IMG/VR virus record: IMGVR_UViG_2917762859_000001
DNA length: 64,000 bases
Source of the DNA: a virus
Taxonomy: Duplodnaviria > Caudoviricetes
Direction: 5' to 3' (one strand)
The notes beneath the pieces are model-generated. The model made no database searches, was not told where the DNA came from, and was given only the letters and a program-made list of their open reading frames with translations. Numbering within the stretch: the stretch's first letter is position 1; the number at the start of each line of letters is the position of its first letter. Both the position numbers and the translations under genes were made by a program. Shown here piece by piece: positions 1 through 10,269 of this stretch.

Positions 1-264
1 GTTTATGAGTACGGAAAGCAAGATAGTGATCTAGGTCGTGAGTTTTCGGACACGTTAGACGGGATTATGGCATTTCAGGAAATGAAGCTAATTAATAGCG
101 GATTGGCTGGCGACTTTAACGCAACAATCACAAAGCTAATGCTGGCTAATCACGGATACTCTGAAAAGCAAGAGGTAGATCATCAGTCATCTGATGGGTC
201 AATGTCACAGAAGCCAACAGTGATTAGGCTGGTAGGAGTATCACCTGATGGAGCAGACAGTTGA
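1..264 (+). CDS. Terminase small subunit (5' partial)
   Basis: Frame open from base 1; overlaps terL start; P22 gp3-like C-terminus. Confidence 0.75.
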   Translation, partial: VYEYGKQDSDLGREFSDTLDGIMAFQEMKLINSGLAGDFNATITKLMLANHGYSEKQEVDHQSSDGSMSQKPTVIRLVGVSPDGADS

Positions 265-1564
265 TTTACCAATTCCTGCCAAGTTAGTTCCGGTGTTCGC
301 AAAAGAAGGCGTTCGATATCGCGGTGCTTTTGGTGGTCGTGGTAGCGCAAAGACTCGCACATTCGCAATGATGAGTGCAGTAAAAGCATATCAGGCAGCA
401 GAACAAGGCATTAGCGGAGTCATTCTTTGTGGTCGTGAGTTTATGAACTCACTCGAAGAATCATCAATGGAAGAGGTAAAACAGGCGATACGGTCTATTC
501 CTTGGTTGAATGATTACTTTGATATTGGTGAAAAATATATCCGCACTAAATGCAAGAGGGTTAATTACGTATTCTGCGGGCTAAGACATAACTTAGATAG
601 CATTAAATCCAAAGCAAGAATACTGCTAGCTTGGGTGGATGAAGCAGAGTCAGTATCAGATTTGGCGTGGAAAAAGCTAAGACCAACAGTCCGTGAGTCT
701 GGTTCTGAAATATGGGTGACATGGAACCCTGAGAAGGACGGCAGTGCCACTGATAAACGTTTCAGAAAAACACCTCCAAAAAATTCAATCATCGTTGAAA
801 TGAACTACAACGATAACCCGTGGTTCCCTGATGTTCTGGAAGAAGAAAGGCTTGATGATCTTAACAGTCTTGAATATTCTGACTATGCGTGGATATGGGA
901 AGGGGCTTATCTTGAAAACTCCGATAAGCAGGTATTGGCGAATAAATACGTTGTTCAATCGTTCCCTGATAATCTGTGGCAAAAAGCAGACAGGTTACTA
1001 TTCGGTGCAGACTTCGGGTTTGCAAAAGACCCTAACACCCTTGTTCGTATGTTTATGTTAGATAGAAATCTTTATATTGAATATGAAGCATACGGTGCTG
1101 GAGTTGAGCTTAATGACATGTGGAAGTTCTACGCTGGTAAAGACGGGGCCACCGATAAGCAATTATCAGAATGGGAAGTAACTGATGACGCCAAGTTTGC
1201 AGGTATTCCAGAGGCTAGAAAGTGGCCCATTAAAGCGGACAACTCAAGACCGGAAACTATTAGCCATATTAAAAAGCAAGGTTTCAATATATCCGCAGCT
1301 AAAAAATGGCAAGGTAGCGTAGAAGATGGCATTACACATCTACGCGGATTCAAGCAAATAATCATTCATCCTCGCTGTAAAGAAACAGCAAAAGAAGCCC
1401 GTCTTTACTCGTATAAAACAGACCGGATCACAGGTGAGGTTCTTCCCATTATTGAGGATAAGAACAACCACTGCTGGGATGCGGTTAGATATGGTCTTGA
1501 TGGGTATATCACACAAAAATCAAATGCAGGCCTATTGGTTCCAAAACGATTACTGAGGCGATAA
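248..1564 (+). CDS. terL: Terminase large subunit (PBSX family)
   Basis: GGRGSAKT Walker A, WVDEAE Walker B, NHCWDAVRY nuclease motif. Confidence 0.95.
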   Translation: MEQTVDLPIPAKLVPVFAKEGVRYRGAFGGRGSAKTRTFAMMSAVKAYQAAEQGISGVILCGREFMNSLEESSMEEVKQAIRSIPWLNDYFDIGEKYIRTKCKRVNYVFCGLRHNLDSIKSKARILLAWVDEAESVSDLAWKKLRPTVRESGSEIWVTWNPEKDGSATDKRFRKTPPKNSIIVEMNYNDNPWFPDVLEEERLDDLNSLEYSDYAWIWEGAYLENSDKQVLANKYVVQSFPDNLWQKADRLLFGADFGFAKDPNTLVRMFMLDRNLYIEYEAYGAGVELNDMWKFYAGKDGATDKQLSEWEVTDDAKFAGIPEARKWPIKADNSRPETISHIKKQGFNISAAKKWQGSVEDGITHLRGFKQIIIHPRCKETAKEARLYSYKTDRITGEVLPIIEDKNNHCWDAVRYGLDGYITQKSNAGLLVPKRLLRR

Positions 1565-2919
1565 TGCAAGAAAATATGAAACTAGCCGTCAATCACATGG
1601 TGAGTGACGCGATAGCTCGTGCCCGTATGGCTTTGGTTAATCCAACCATGGGGCTTGATGCGAAGCGATCATCTGCTTGGTGTGAATACGGATTCAAACA
1701 AGATTTAACCTTTGAGGATTTATATAAACTATTTCGCCGTGGTGGGATTGCCTTTGGTGGGGTAACAAAACTCGTAGGTAATTGCTGGAAAACATCACCT
1801 CAAGTGATTGAGGGTGATAAAGCAGATAAATACAAGAAAGAAACAACTTGGGAAGCTTCATTTAAAAAGTACGTGAATAAGCGTATTTGGAAAGCGTTCA
1901 AAGAAGCAGATCAGAAGCGTCTTGTTGGTCGTTATGCGGGTTTAATTCTTCATATCAATGATAGTGGAAAGTGGGATGAGCCTGTAACGAAGTCAAAGTT
2001 ACTTAAAAAGGCAACGCCAGCATGGGCGAATGCAATTAAGCCTACTGATTGGGTGACTGACATTAATTCTCCTAATTACGGTCAACCTAGCATGTGGCAG
2101 TACACGGAAGCGCTACCAAATGGTGGGACTAGAAATATCAATATTCATCCAAACAGGATTTTCATTCTCGGTGACTATTCAGTTGACGCTATCGGATTTC
2201 TTGAACCTGCCTATAACGCCTTTGTAAGTCTTGAAAAGGTTGAGGGTGGTTCTGGTGAGTCATTCCTTAAAAACGCAGCAAGACAGCTAAATATCAACTA
2301 CGACAAAGAGTCTAGGTTAGATGAAATAGCAAGAATGTACGGCGTTGATGTTTCTGGCTTGCAGGAAATATATAACGAAGTTGCCAGAGAAATTAACATC
2401 GGTAACGATTCGGTTCTTGTTACTCAGGGGGCTAACGTTTCACCTCTGGTTAGTGCTGTATCAGATCCGACACCAACCTATATGGTTAACCTACAAACAG
2501 CATCTTCAGCGCTTGATATCCCTGCAAGGATACTTGCAATGACTCAAACAGGAGAGCGCGCCAGTACAGAGGATAACCGGTATTTCAATTCACGATGCCA
2601 ATCGCGCAGAGAAAGCGAGCTCGCTTTTGAGATAGAGGACTTCATCGACCACCTAATTAACATCAAGGTACTAGAGCCTATCAGTGAGAAAACGGTTGTT
2701 TGGGATGATTTAAACGAACAGTCATCGATGGATAAGCTTGATAGCGCTGAGAAGATGAGCCGAGTTAATCAAACTGCCCTCTCTACTGGTGAGCCAGTGT
2801 TTAGTGTCGAAGAAATTAGGGCGGCGGCTGGCTATGAAAATTATAGCGAAGAGCCATTAGGTGAAACTGATGAAAATACAGAAAATAAGGACGGCGATAA
2901 GACCCGGGACGAAAGCTGA
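1564..2919 (+). CDS. Portal protein (DUF1073-like)
   Basis: 451 aa directly after terL; typical position and size. Confidence 0.8.
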   Translation: MQENMKLAVNHMVSDAIARARMALVNPTMGLDAKRSSAWCEYGFKQDLTFEDLYKLFRRGGIAFGGVTKLVGNCWKTSPQVIEGDKADKYKKETTWEASFKKYVNKRIWKAFKEADQKRLVGRYAGLILHINDSGKWDEPVTKSKLLKKATPAWANAIKPTDWVTDINSPNYGQPSMWQYTEALPNGGTRNINIHPNRIFILGDYSVDAIGFLEPAYNAFVSLEKVEGGSGESFLKNAARQLNINYDKESRLDEIARMYGVDVSGLQEIYNEVAREINIGNDSVLVTQGANVSPLVSAVSDPTPTYMVNLQTASSALDIPARILAMTQTGERASTEDNRYFNSRCQSRRESELAFEIEDFIDHLINIKVLEPISEKTVVWDDLNEQSSMDKLDSAEKMSRVNQTALSTGEPVFSVEEIRAAAGYENYSEEPLGETDENTENKDGDKTRDES

Positions 2920-3799
2920 TCCAACATCAGTCGATAAACTAGAACGTGGCGCAATGAGAGAGTTTGCGAAACGCATTCGCAGAATATCAAAAGGCTACAT
3001 TCAACTTCTTAACAGGATCCCCTCTGAGCCAGTCGTCAATAGAAAATACCAATTCGATTTAGATCCTAACTATCTATCAATACTGTTGAGAGATGGTGAA
3101 CTAATGGTTGATGAGGTGCTTTTGAATGGTGGCGAGTTTGGTAACTTTCTTTTCCTTGAGTATGTGAGCACAGCATACGAAAGAGGAACAGCACAGCAGT
3201 ATGCAAACTTAGCACAGCAATCAACTGTCTACGCAGCAACTCAACAAAGTGTTGCAACGATACTGATGAGTGAGCCATATCAACTAAGAATGGCTCTAGT
3301 TCGCTCTCGTGTGTTCGAGGAAATGAAAGGGTTGTCTGGTCAGGTTAAAGCTGACATGGCTCGCATTCTTACGGATGGTATCGCGAGAGGTTTAAACCCT
3401 CGTGAAGTAGCGAGAAACCTAACCAATCAAGCTGGCATTGAAACTCGCCGAGCTAAGCGGATAGCAAGGACAGAGATACCAAGCGCATTGCGTAGGGCAC
3501 GATTAGATGAAGCTGACGAAGCCAAGGAAATGCTTAACCTTGAAACTCGTGAGATTCATGTTTCAGCACTAAGCCCAACAACAAGAGCTAATCATGCAGC
3601 TAGACACGGGAAGATGTTTACGTCTGATGAACAACGTGATTGGTGGGCTCGTGACGCTAACTCAATTAACTGCAAATGCTCAACTGTAACCGTTCTTGTT
3701 GATAAAGACGGCAAGCCTTACAACAAGACTCTCATCAATAAACTGTTAGAGGAAAAAGAAGCCATGAAAGAACGTGGTTATCAATGGGCGGAGGAATAA
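2861..3799 (+). CDS. Head morphogenesis/minor capsid protein (SPP1 gp7/Mu F family)
   Basis: RAKRIARTE and INCKC motifs. Confidence 0.85.
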   Translation: MKLMKIQKIRTAIRPGTKADPTSVDKLERGAMREFAKRIRRISKGYIQLLNRIPSEPVVNRKYQFDLDPNYLSILLRDGELMVDEVLLNGGEFGNFLFLEYVSTAYERGTAQQYANLAQQSTVYAATQQSVATILMSEPYQLRMALVRSRVFEEMKGLSGQVKADMARILTDGIARGLNPREVARNLTNQAGIETRRAKRIARTEIPSALRRARLDEADEAKEMLNLETREIHVSALSPTTRANHAARHGKMFTSDEQRDWWARDANSINCKCSTVTVLVDKDGKPYNKTLINKLLEEKEAMKERGYQWAEE

Positions 3800-3802
3800 C
3801 TG

Positions 3803-5077
3803 ATGCCAATTCAAGTAAACGTCACGACCAGGGTTAATAGCGCCTCTATTCGGCGTGAAACATACAACGGTCGTGAACACATTATTATCCCAAGTTATAC
3901 GCTTCCAGCAAACGTCATTATGAATGGTGGATTATATCCAGCAAGTGAGATTGACGCCCATTACCGAGAGTTAGAAGGCACTCCTGCGCCATTAGGCCAC
4001 CCTACGCTTGATGGTCAGTTTGTATCAGCGCTTTCTTTCGAGGGTCTTAATGTTGGGTATATCGGCGCAGCAAACAGAAATGTTTCCAAGGTCGGTAATC
4101 GTATCTATTTAGAAAAGTGGATAGATGTAGATAAGGCTAAAGAGTCAGAAGGAGGTAAAGAAGTTCTTCAGCGCGTCGAAGCGATTGAAAGTGGTGAAAG
4201 TTCAGAGCCAATTCATACGAGCGTTGCTGTTTTTCTTGAGCAGATCGAAGCAAACGAAGAACAGAAAGCGCAGGGTTATAACTGGATTGCAAAGATACAC
4301 AGCATGGATCATGACGCAATTCTGCTTTATGAGTCAGGCGCAGCAACACCAGCTCAAGGTGTCGGAATGATGGTTAATGCTGACCAAGCCACAGAGGTTA
4401 AAACTAACAGTGGCGCTCTAGTTGGTGAAACTTATCGTGAAAAATCACATCGCCTTGAAATGGCCGCAAAGAAACAGTTCGTTGCTGGTGATGGTTATGT
4501 GTGGGTATCTGATTTCACAGACACTCATGCAGTAATCGTTATCGATGGAGGAAATGCAAAACTACATTCCTACACAAATGAAAATGGCAACATCACCTTT
4601 GATGCGCAAGGCGAAGAAGTTGAGCGCCAAGAGTCATGGGTGAAGGTTGTAACAAACAAACTTAAATCTGCTTTCAGTAAACTGCAGGCAAGCCCTGCAA
4701 TCAATAACAGCACGGAGGGCGACATGCCTTTAACTCAAGAAGAAAAGAAAGAACTCGTAGGTGATATTACTCAGGCATTAGCAGCGAACCTTGCCGAGCA
4801 ACTAAAGCCAATTAACGAAAAGGTTGATGCGTTACAGGTTAACCACAAGAAGCTGGAAGAATCATTAACCGCAAATCAACGCGCAGAAGAAACCGAAATG
4901 CGCAAAGTAATTGCCGAAAAATACGGTGAAGTGGTGGCTAACTCACTGCAAGGTCAAGCACTGATCGACATGCATAAACAAATTGGTGACGCAGCAAGTT
5001 TGGCCGGCAACTCAGGCGCACAGCAAGAGCAAACTGGCGCACCAGATCCAGCAGCATACTTTGGAGGTGCTAAATAA
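3803..5077 (+). CDS. Prohead protease/scaffold (DUF2213-like)
   Basis: PLGHP and DHDAIL motifs; coiled-coil C-terminus; position. Confidence 0.7.
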   Translation: MPIQVNVTTRVNSASIRRETYNGREHIIIPSYTLPANVIMNGGLYPASEIDAHYRELEGTPAPLGHPTLDGQFVSALSFEGLNVGYIGAANRNVSKVGNRIYLEKWIDVDKAKESEGGKEVLQRVEAIESGESSEPIHTSVAVFLEQIEANEEQKAQGYNWIAKIHSMDHDAILLYESGAATPAQGVGMMVNADQATEVKTNSGALVGETYREKSHRLEMAAKKQFVAGDGYVWVSDFTDTHAVIVIDGGNAKLHSYTNENGNITFDAQGEEVERQESWVKVVTNKLKSAFSKLQASPAINNSTEGDMPLTQEEKKELVGDITQALAANLAEQLKPINEKVDALQVNHKKLEESLTANQRAEETEMRKVIAEKYGEVVANSLQGQALIDMHKQIGDAASLAGNSGAQQEQTGAPDPAAYFGGAK

Positions 5078-5526
5078 TGGCTACTAGTCGCTATCGCCGT
5101 GTAAACCTTGACGGTAAATCAATCACAGAAACTCGCGCAGCAAAAGCAGTTACGTTGCCGGGCACTTTTGTTGTTATTAACGCAGACAATGAGTTCGCTC
5201 AAGCCACCACATTATCTGGTCGCATTTATGTAGCCAATCCAGCATATCACCAAGGGCTATCTATTCGTGATGGTGTTCCGGTTGGTGATTCTCTGGTTGG
5301 TGAGTATGTAGAAGAAGGTCGAGAGATGGCTGTATTGGTTCCTGCGGGCACTTATAAAAAAGACTCTCCGATCAAGCTTGGTGCTGATGGTAAAGGCGCT
5401 CTTGCATCCGCTGATACGGAATCAGTAATTGGCTACTCTCAAGATGAAGTGACGCTAAAAGCTGATGATTTCATTCGTGTTCGCTTTCGTGTTGGCACTG
5501 TGGCTACTGCAACTACTGATCAATAA
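5077..5526 (+). CDS. Capsid decoration protein
   Basis: 149 aa just before the major capsid gene. Confidence 0.6.
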   Translation: MATSRYRRVNLDGKSITETRAAKAVTLPGTFVVINADNEFAQATTLSGRIYVANPAYHQGLSIRDGVPVGDSLVGEYVEEGREMAVLVPAGTYKKDSPIKLGADGKGALASADTESVIGYSQDEVTLKADDFIRVRFRVGTVATATTDQ

Positions 5527-5538
5527 AAAGGAAAAAAC

Positions 5539-6633
5539 ATGTTTTATACTGCTGAAACTTTAGCAACAAATAGCCGACTGCAACGTCAGTGGGATAGCCT
5601 ATGGGCTACACGTAATATCTATAATACGCAACATAACCTGATGATAAACCAGTATCGGAATGTTATGGATGGTGAGACTTTAGCGGCAAACCAGTCAGGC
5701 GGTTTCTCTAAGGACTTTTGGAAAGAAGTAGATAACAATATTATTCAGTTGCGCGACCAAGAAACAGGCATGGAAATCGTCAATGATTTAATGGGCCTAC
5801 AAACAGTGTTACCAATTGGCAAAACAGCGAAACTGTATAACGTGGTTGGCGATATTGCTGATGACGTATCAATCAGCATCGATGGTCAAGCACCATACTC
5901 TCATGATCACACCGATTATGGCTCTGATGGTGACCCAATCCCAGTATTTACCGCTGGCTTTGGTGTTAACTGGCGCCATGCGGCGGGGTTAAGCACAGTT
6001 GGTATTGATCTTGTTCTTGATTCTCAAACTGCAAAAATGCGTCAATTCAATAAGAAAGTAGTTAACTACTTCTTAAATGGTGATGCATCTATTAGTGTTG
6101 AGGGATACAAAGGCCAAGGCCTGAAAAATCACCGCAACACAGCGAAAATCGACTTAGGAGCTTCTGGTGCTAATATCGATTTAACCACAGCCGACTTGCC
6201 TGCATTGTTAGCGTTCTTTGGTTTTGGTGGTGCGTTCGGTCAGACTGCATTCAACAACAAAGTGGATGCTTACGATGTAATGTGGGTGAGTTACGAAGCA
6301 TGGGGCAACTTAATTAAGCCTGTGGTTGTTTCTGTCGGTGCTGGTGCTGGTAATAGCGTGGTAAATGGTCGCATTATCGATACATTGCTGCCATATGCTG
6401 GCGTGAAAGAAATTCGTCCTACTTATGCGCTTAAAGGCTCTGAGTTTATCGCTTATCAACGTCGTAAAGATGTAGTGACTCCGTTAGTTGGTATGGCAAC
6501 AGGTGTTGTTCCTAAACCTCGCTTTATGCCACAGGAAAACTATAACTTCCAAATCATGAGCGCAGCAGGTCTGCAAATTACTCGTGACGGTGACGGAAAG
6601 TCTGGTGTGGTTTATGGTGCCAAACTGAGCTAA
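5539..6633 (+). CDS. Major capsid protein
   Basis: 364 aa; position; good RBS. Confidence 0.8.
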   Translation: MFYTAETLATNSRLQRQWDSLWATRNIYNTQHNLMINQYRNVMDGETLAANQSGGFSKDFWKEVDNNIIQLRDQETGMEIVNDLMGLQTVLPIGKTAKLYNVVGDIADDVSISIDGQAPYSHDHTDYGSDGDPIPVFTAGFGVNWRHAAGLSTVGIDLVLDSQTAKMRQFNKKVVNYFLNGDASISVEGYKGQGLKNHRNTAKIDLGASGANIDLTTADLPALLAFFGFGGAFGQTAFNNKVDAYDVMWVSYEAWGNLIKPVVVSVGAGAGNSVVNGRIIDTLLPYAGVKEIRPTYALKGSEFIAYQRRKDVVTPLVGMATGVVPKPRFMPQENYNFQIMSAAGLQITRDGDGKSGVVYGAKLS

Positions 6634-6642
6634 GGATATGTA

Positions 6643-6816
6643 ATGACAAAGTACGAGGTTATTATCCCTTGGCATGGTGTCGAAAAGGGTCAGGTGGTTG
6701 AGTTAGAAAATCTTCATCCAGCCTTTAAGGCTAATGTTAGAGCATTATCTAATGATGCCGCTGAGTTGGTCCCAGCCACACCAAAAGCCAAGTCTAAAAA
6801 AGACAAAGACGAATAG
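6643..6816 (+). CDS. Small head-associated protein (57 aa; absent from ORF track)
   Basis: ATG..TAG with AAGGA RBS; MTKYEVIIPWHG...; followed by terminator. Confidence 0.7.
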   Translation: MTKYEVIIPWHGVEKGQVVELENLHPAFKANVRALSNDAAELVPATPKAKSKKDKDE

Positions 6817-6835
6817 CCGCGAAAGCGGTTTTTTT
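6815..6835 (+). terminator. Rho-independent terminator
   Basis: AGCCGC-GAAA-GCGGTT followed by T run. Confidence 0.8.
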
Positions 6836-6872
6836 ATGCCCTCGAAAGGGGGCTTTGCTTTGTGAGGTAATC

Positions 6873-7271
6873 ATGATCACAAAAGAGCAAGCCAAAGAGT
6901 ACCTGACAGGGCAGGGAATAGAATTACCTGATTTTATTCTTGACGCACTTATTGAGCAGGTAGGCAGTATTCAGGAATGTCTTGATAAACACTATCCATC
7001 AGCAACAGCACTATTAATCCAGATGTATCTGCTTTCACTTATGGCACTTGGTCAAGGTGATAAGTATATCAGCTCACAAACAGCACCTAATGGCGCATCA
7101 CGCTCATTTCGATATCAATCGTTTGGTGATAGATGGAAATCGGCTGCGTCACTACTGCGTGGTTTAGATAAGCACGGTTGTGCTAATGGGTTAATACCAG
7201 ACGATCCAACTCAAACTGCTCATGCTGGTTTGTGGATAGCGAAAGGTGGCTGTATGTGTAGGGGGGCGTAA
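6873..7271 (+). CDS. Head-tail adaptor
   Basis: GAGG RBS before ATG 6873; position. Confidence 0.65.
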   Translation: MITKEQAKEYLTGQGIELPDFILDALIEQVGSIQECLDKHYPSATALLIQMYLLSLMALGQGDKYISSQTAPNGASRSFRYQSFGDRWKSAASLLRGLDKHGCANGLIPDDPTQTAHAGLWIAKGGCMCRGA

Positions 7272-7612
7272 TGAGTTCAGTTGCTAATTGGGCTTACACC
7301 TCGTGGGCTACTTTATGGCGACCAAACGGAAAAGATAAATACGGCAAAGTTACATTCTCAGAGCCGGTTCATTTTCTTTGTGGCTATGGTAGTGAGCTTA
7401 AATCTGGAAAGTTGGATGTTGGCTCTGAAATCACCATTAAGTTGGTTTTCTGGACTGAGTATGCTGATGCTAAAAAAGGTGACTTTATCGCTATCGGCAA
7501 GCACTCAGGCGATCCGTTATCTGTCGGTGCTGATGAAATAAAATTCATCAAACGCGATGAAGACCTATTCGAGCATATTGCAGATGACTACACTCTGATA
7601 ACGGCGGTGTGA
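7271..7612 (+). CDS. Head closure/head-tail protein
   Basis: Position; coupled start. Confidence 0.6.
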   Translation: MSSVANWAYTSWATLWRPNGKDKYGKVTFSEPVHFLCGYGSELKSGKLDVGSEITIKLVFWTEYADAKKGDFIAIGKHSGDPLSVGADEIKFIKRDEDLFEHIADDYTLITAV

Positions 7613-7613
7613 T

Positions 7614-7982
7614 ATGGGCGCAGAAGTAAGGGGTATTTCTCAGGCTAACGCAAACCTTAGAGCACTTGTTGGTGATATACAAGGTAAGAAAGTGATGAGA
7701 GCTATTCAGTCTGCTTTGTTGATTGGTAGTACTCAGGCGGCTATATACACACCTATTGATACATCAACACTTATCAACTCCCAATTCAGGGAAGTCACTG
7801 TTAATGGCACTCGCGTTACTGGTCGTGTCGGATATACAGCAAACTACGCGGTTTATGTTCATGATCCAAGAATTAAGCAAAACTTTAGGCGTTCAAGTGC
7901 TCGTAAAGAGTTCTTGTCTCGTGGTTTTGAGGATGAACGCAAGGCTATTGATGAAGCGGTGAGACGGGAGCTTCAAATATGA
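7614..7982 (+). CDS. Neck protein (HK97 gp10-like)
   Basis: TPIDTSTLINS and YAVYVH motifs. Confidence 0.7.
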   Translation: MGAEVRGISQANANLRALVGDIQGKKVMRAIQSALLIGSTQAAIYTPIDTSTLINSQFREVTVNGTRVTGRVGYTANYAVYVHDPRIKQNFRRSSARKEFLSRGFEDERKAIDEAVRRELQI

Positions 7983-8347
7983 TACATGAGAAGTTTGAGC
8001 GCTACTTAAACAGAGGTAATTTACTAGATGGTTTCATCGTTCAATATCTGACGTGGAATGAGAAACCAGACGAAAAAACTCAGCAATATGCTGTTATTCA
8101 GCCTGATGATGGTAGTGGTCGATTTGCTGATTTGGGTGCTGATGATTTCGTGACGCTTGTTCTAGTATCTGCGCAGTATGATCCTGAGCCTGCATTGATA
8201 AGGGCTAATGAAATTCTAAACTTTGTTGCTGAATTTCCTGATGACTGCGAACTCAATTCAATCTACAACTTAGGTGGACTACCAAGGCCCATACCAACAG
8301 AAGAAGGCCGGTTTATCCTTAAGCTTTCTTTTCGCTGTACATCTTAA
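7979..8347 (+). CDS. Tail terminator/completion protein
   Basis: Position before the tail tube gene. Confidence 0.6.
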   Translation: MIHEKFERYLNRGNLLDGFIVQYLTWNEKPDEKTQQYAVIQPDDGSGRFADLGADDFVTLVLVSAQYDPEPALIRANEILNFVAEFPDDCELNSIYNLGGLPRPIPTEEGRFILKLSFRCTS

Positions 8348-8411
8348 ATTAAACACATCTCAACAGGTCGCTTATGCGGCCTTTTTTATTTGCAAATAAA
8401 GAGGTTATAAC

Positions 8412-9167
8412 ATGGCACAATGCCCTGATGATAAAGGCCTAGTGATGGGTAACGCAGGTATTCTGCGCATTGCAAAAGGCTGCCCTGACCAAGTACCAGC
8501 ACAAGATCAGTTCTTACGCTTAGGTGCATTAACAAGCAAGTCATTCGATTTCGGCATGGAGACAGTGACATCTAATGCTGATGACACTAAAGGCTTAACT
8601 GAATCAATTGTTACTGGCGCTGACTTTACCATTAGTTTTGATGGTGAATTAAAGAAAGCTGGTGTGACCGGTTCTACTTCCGCGTTTGATATTGCCAAAG
8701 AAATCCTTGATGAAATCAAAGCTGGTCGCCAACCAGATTATTGGATTCAACTTGATATGAAAGGTGATGGTTCTGATGTTGTTCAGGGCTATATGTTGTT
8801 TACATCTTGGTCAATGGAGTTTCCAACAAAAGAAATTTCTACCTATTCAGGTGAATTGAAAGTTGCTGATGCAGAAACGGTTGAATGGCTACAAGAAGAA
8901 ATCGTTGTTGAAAGTATTACTGTCGAGCCAGCCACTCTGGCTGTAAAAGTAGGTGAAACCAAGACATTTACCGTCAAATTTACCCCAACCGATGCTACGA
9001 ACAAAAACTACACTGCTGTGAGCGATAAGCCGAACTTTGCAACAGTTACTCAGCTTGTGAATGTAGTCACTGTACGTGGTGTTGCTGAAGGTACTGCAAA
9101 TATCACTGTCACATCTGAAGATGGTAGTAAAACAGCAAAATGCGTGGTCACTGTTACCGCTGCTTAA
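8412..9167 (+). CDS. Major tail tube protein with C-terminal Ig-like (Big_2) domain
   Basis: TP901-1-like N-terminus; VESITVEPATLAVKVG..GTANITVT Ig motif. Confidence 0.85.
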   Translation: MAQCPDDKGLVMGNAGILRIAKGCPDQVPAQDQFLRLGALTSKSFDFGMETVTSNADDTKGLTESIVTGADFTISFDGELKKAGVTGSTSAFDIAKEILDEIKAGRQPDYWIQLDMKGDGSDVVQGYMLFTSWSMEFPTKEISTYSGELKVADAETVEWLQEEIVVESITVEPATLAVKVGETKTFTVKFTPTDATNKNYTAVSDKPNFATVTQLVNVVTVRGVAEGTANITVTSEDGSKTAKCVVTVTAA

Positions 9168-9216
9168 TATTACAAAGGGTGCTTTCGAGTGCCCTTGATA
9201 ATATTCAGGAGGGATT

Positions 9217-9909
9217 ATGACGCCTATTTTAGAAATCGGGGAGATGGTTATCTCTACTGATAAAAAGGATTACTTATTTAGACCATCGTTCATTAATATG
9301 ACAAGAATCGGTGAGCCTAAACAGATTGTGAAAGCCTACGGTCAATTAAATGGTGCTGAGGTGCAAGAGTTAATTACTCGTGCTGTAATGAGCTACAGGG
9401 TTATTCCTGAGTGGTTAATAAAAGCCATTAGCAAGCCGACATATGGACGCAATATCCTACAAATTGCAATGATGGTTATGCAGGTGTGCTGTGATGATGA
9501 TTGTTCTGAAATTATTGGTGAATGGAGATCGGGTAAGCGCGGTATTGTCTATAAAAACGGTAAGATGCCAATCGCTGACATTATCGTCATTGCTCGAGAA
9601 TTATTCACTCACGGAATTATCGGTAAAGCGAAGATCCGTAAACTTCAACGCAATGAAGGCAAAAACGAATTCTCAGATGAGTTTATGGCAATTGACTACA
9701 TCAGCTCTGCTCGTGCGCACTTTGGTATGAATCGAGAGGAAGCCGAACAGCTAACCATGACTGAATTTCAGATGATGCTCAAAGCTAAATATCCTGATGA
9801 AAAAGGCTTCACCAAAGAAGAATATGACAACATCATGAAACAAGATGATAAACGGAATGATGAACTGATCAGTGGTAAGCGTCGATTGGTGAGTAGGAAA
9901 CGTAAATGA
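9217..9909 (+). CDS. Tail assembly chaperone
   Basis: Follows tail tube; EAEQLTMTEF motif. Confidence 0.65.
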   Translation: MTPILEIGEMVISTDKKDYLFRPSFINMTRIGEPKQIVKAYGQLNGAEVQELITRAVMSYRVIPEWLIKAISKPTYGRNILQIAMMVMQVCCDDDCSEIIGEWRSGKRGIVYKNGKMPIADIIVIARELFTHGIIGKAKIRKLQRNEGKNEFSDEFMAIDYISSARAHFGMNREEAEQLTMTEFQMMLKAKYPDEKGFTKEEYDNIMKQDDKRNDELISGKRRLVSRKRK

Positions 9910-9979
9910 GTTAGTTTGCTTTCTTTTGCATCGCTGTCTATATAACATAAGATTAAATTAACTTATTGATGGTGATAAT

Positions 9980-10211
9980 ATGACCGAGAATGAATGGTTG
10001 GACGGATTAAGAGGATTTCCTGACGAAGCGATACTAAAACTTCATTTTAGTCTTCAAGAAAAGATAAAGAAGCACTATAAAATGAGAGATAAAGCGAATA
10101 ATTTAAATAAGGCCATTGAGTATTGTAAGCGACAAAAAGCCTAATGCAGACGGAACTTTCAGCATCACAGCAAGTGAGTATTTTTCTGCAAAGAAAGATT
10201 ACAACGTTTAA
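9980..10211 (+). pseudogene. Deletion junction: truncated moron gene fused to 3' remnant of a tail-tip gene
   Basis: 54-aa ORF (9980-10144) ends abruptly; an overlapping frame reads KKPNADGTFSITASEYFSAKKDYNV* before a terminator. Confidence 0.6.
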
Positions 10212-10269
10212 TTAAATTCATTTCAATCATAGCCAGCCTAAGTGCTGGCTTTTTTTATTGGGAAAAATT

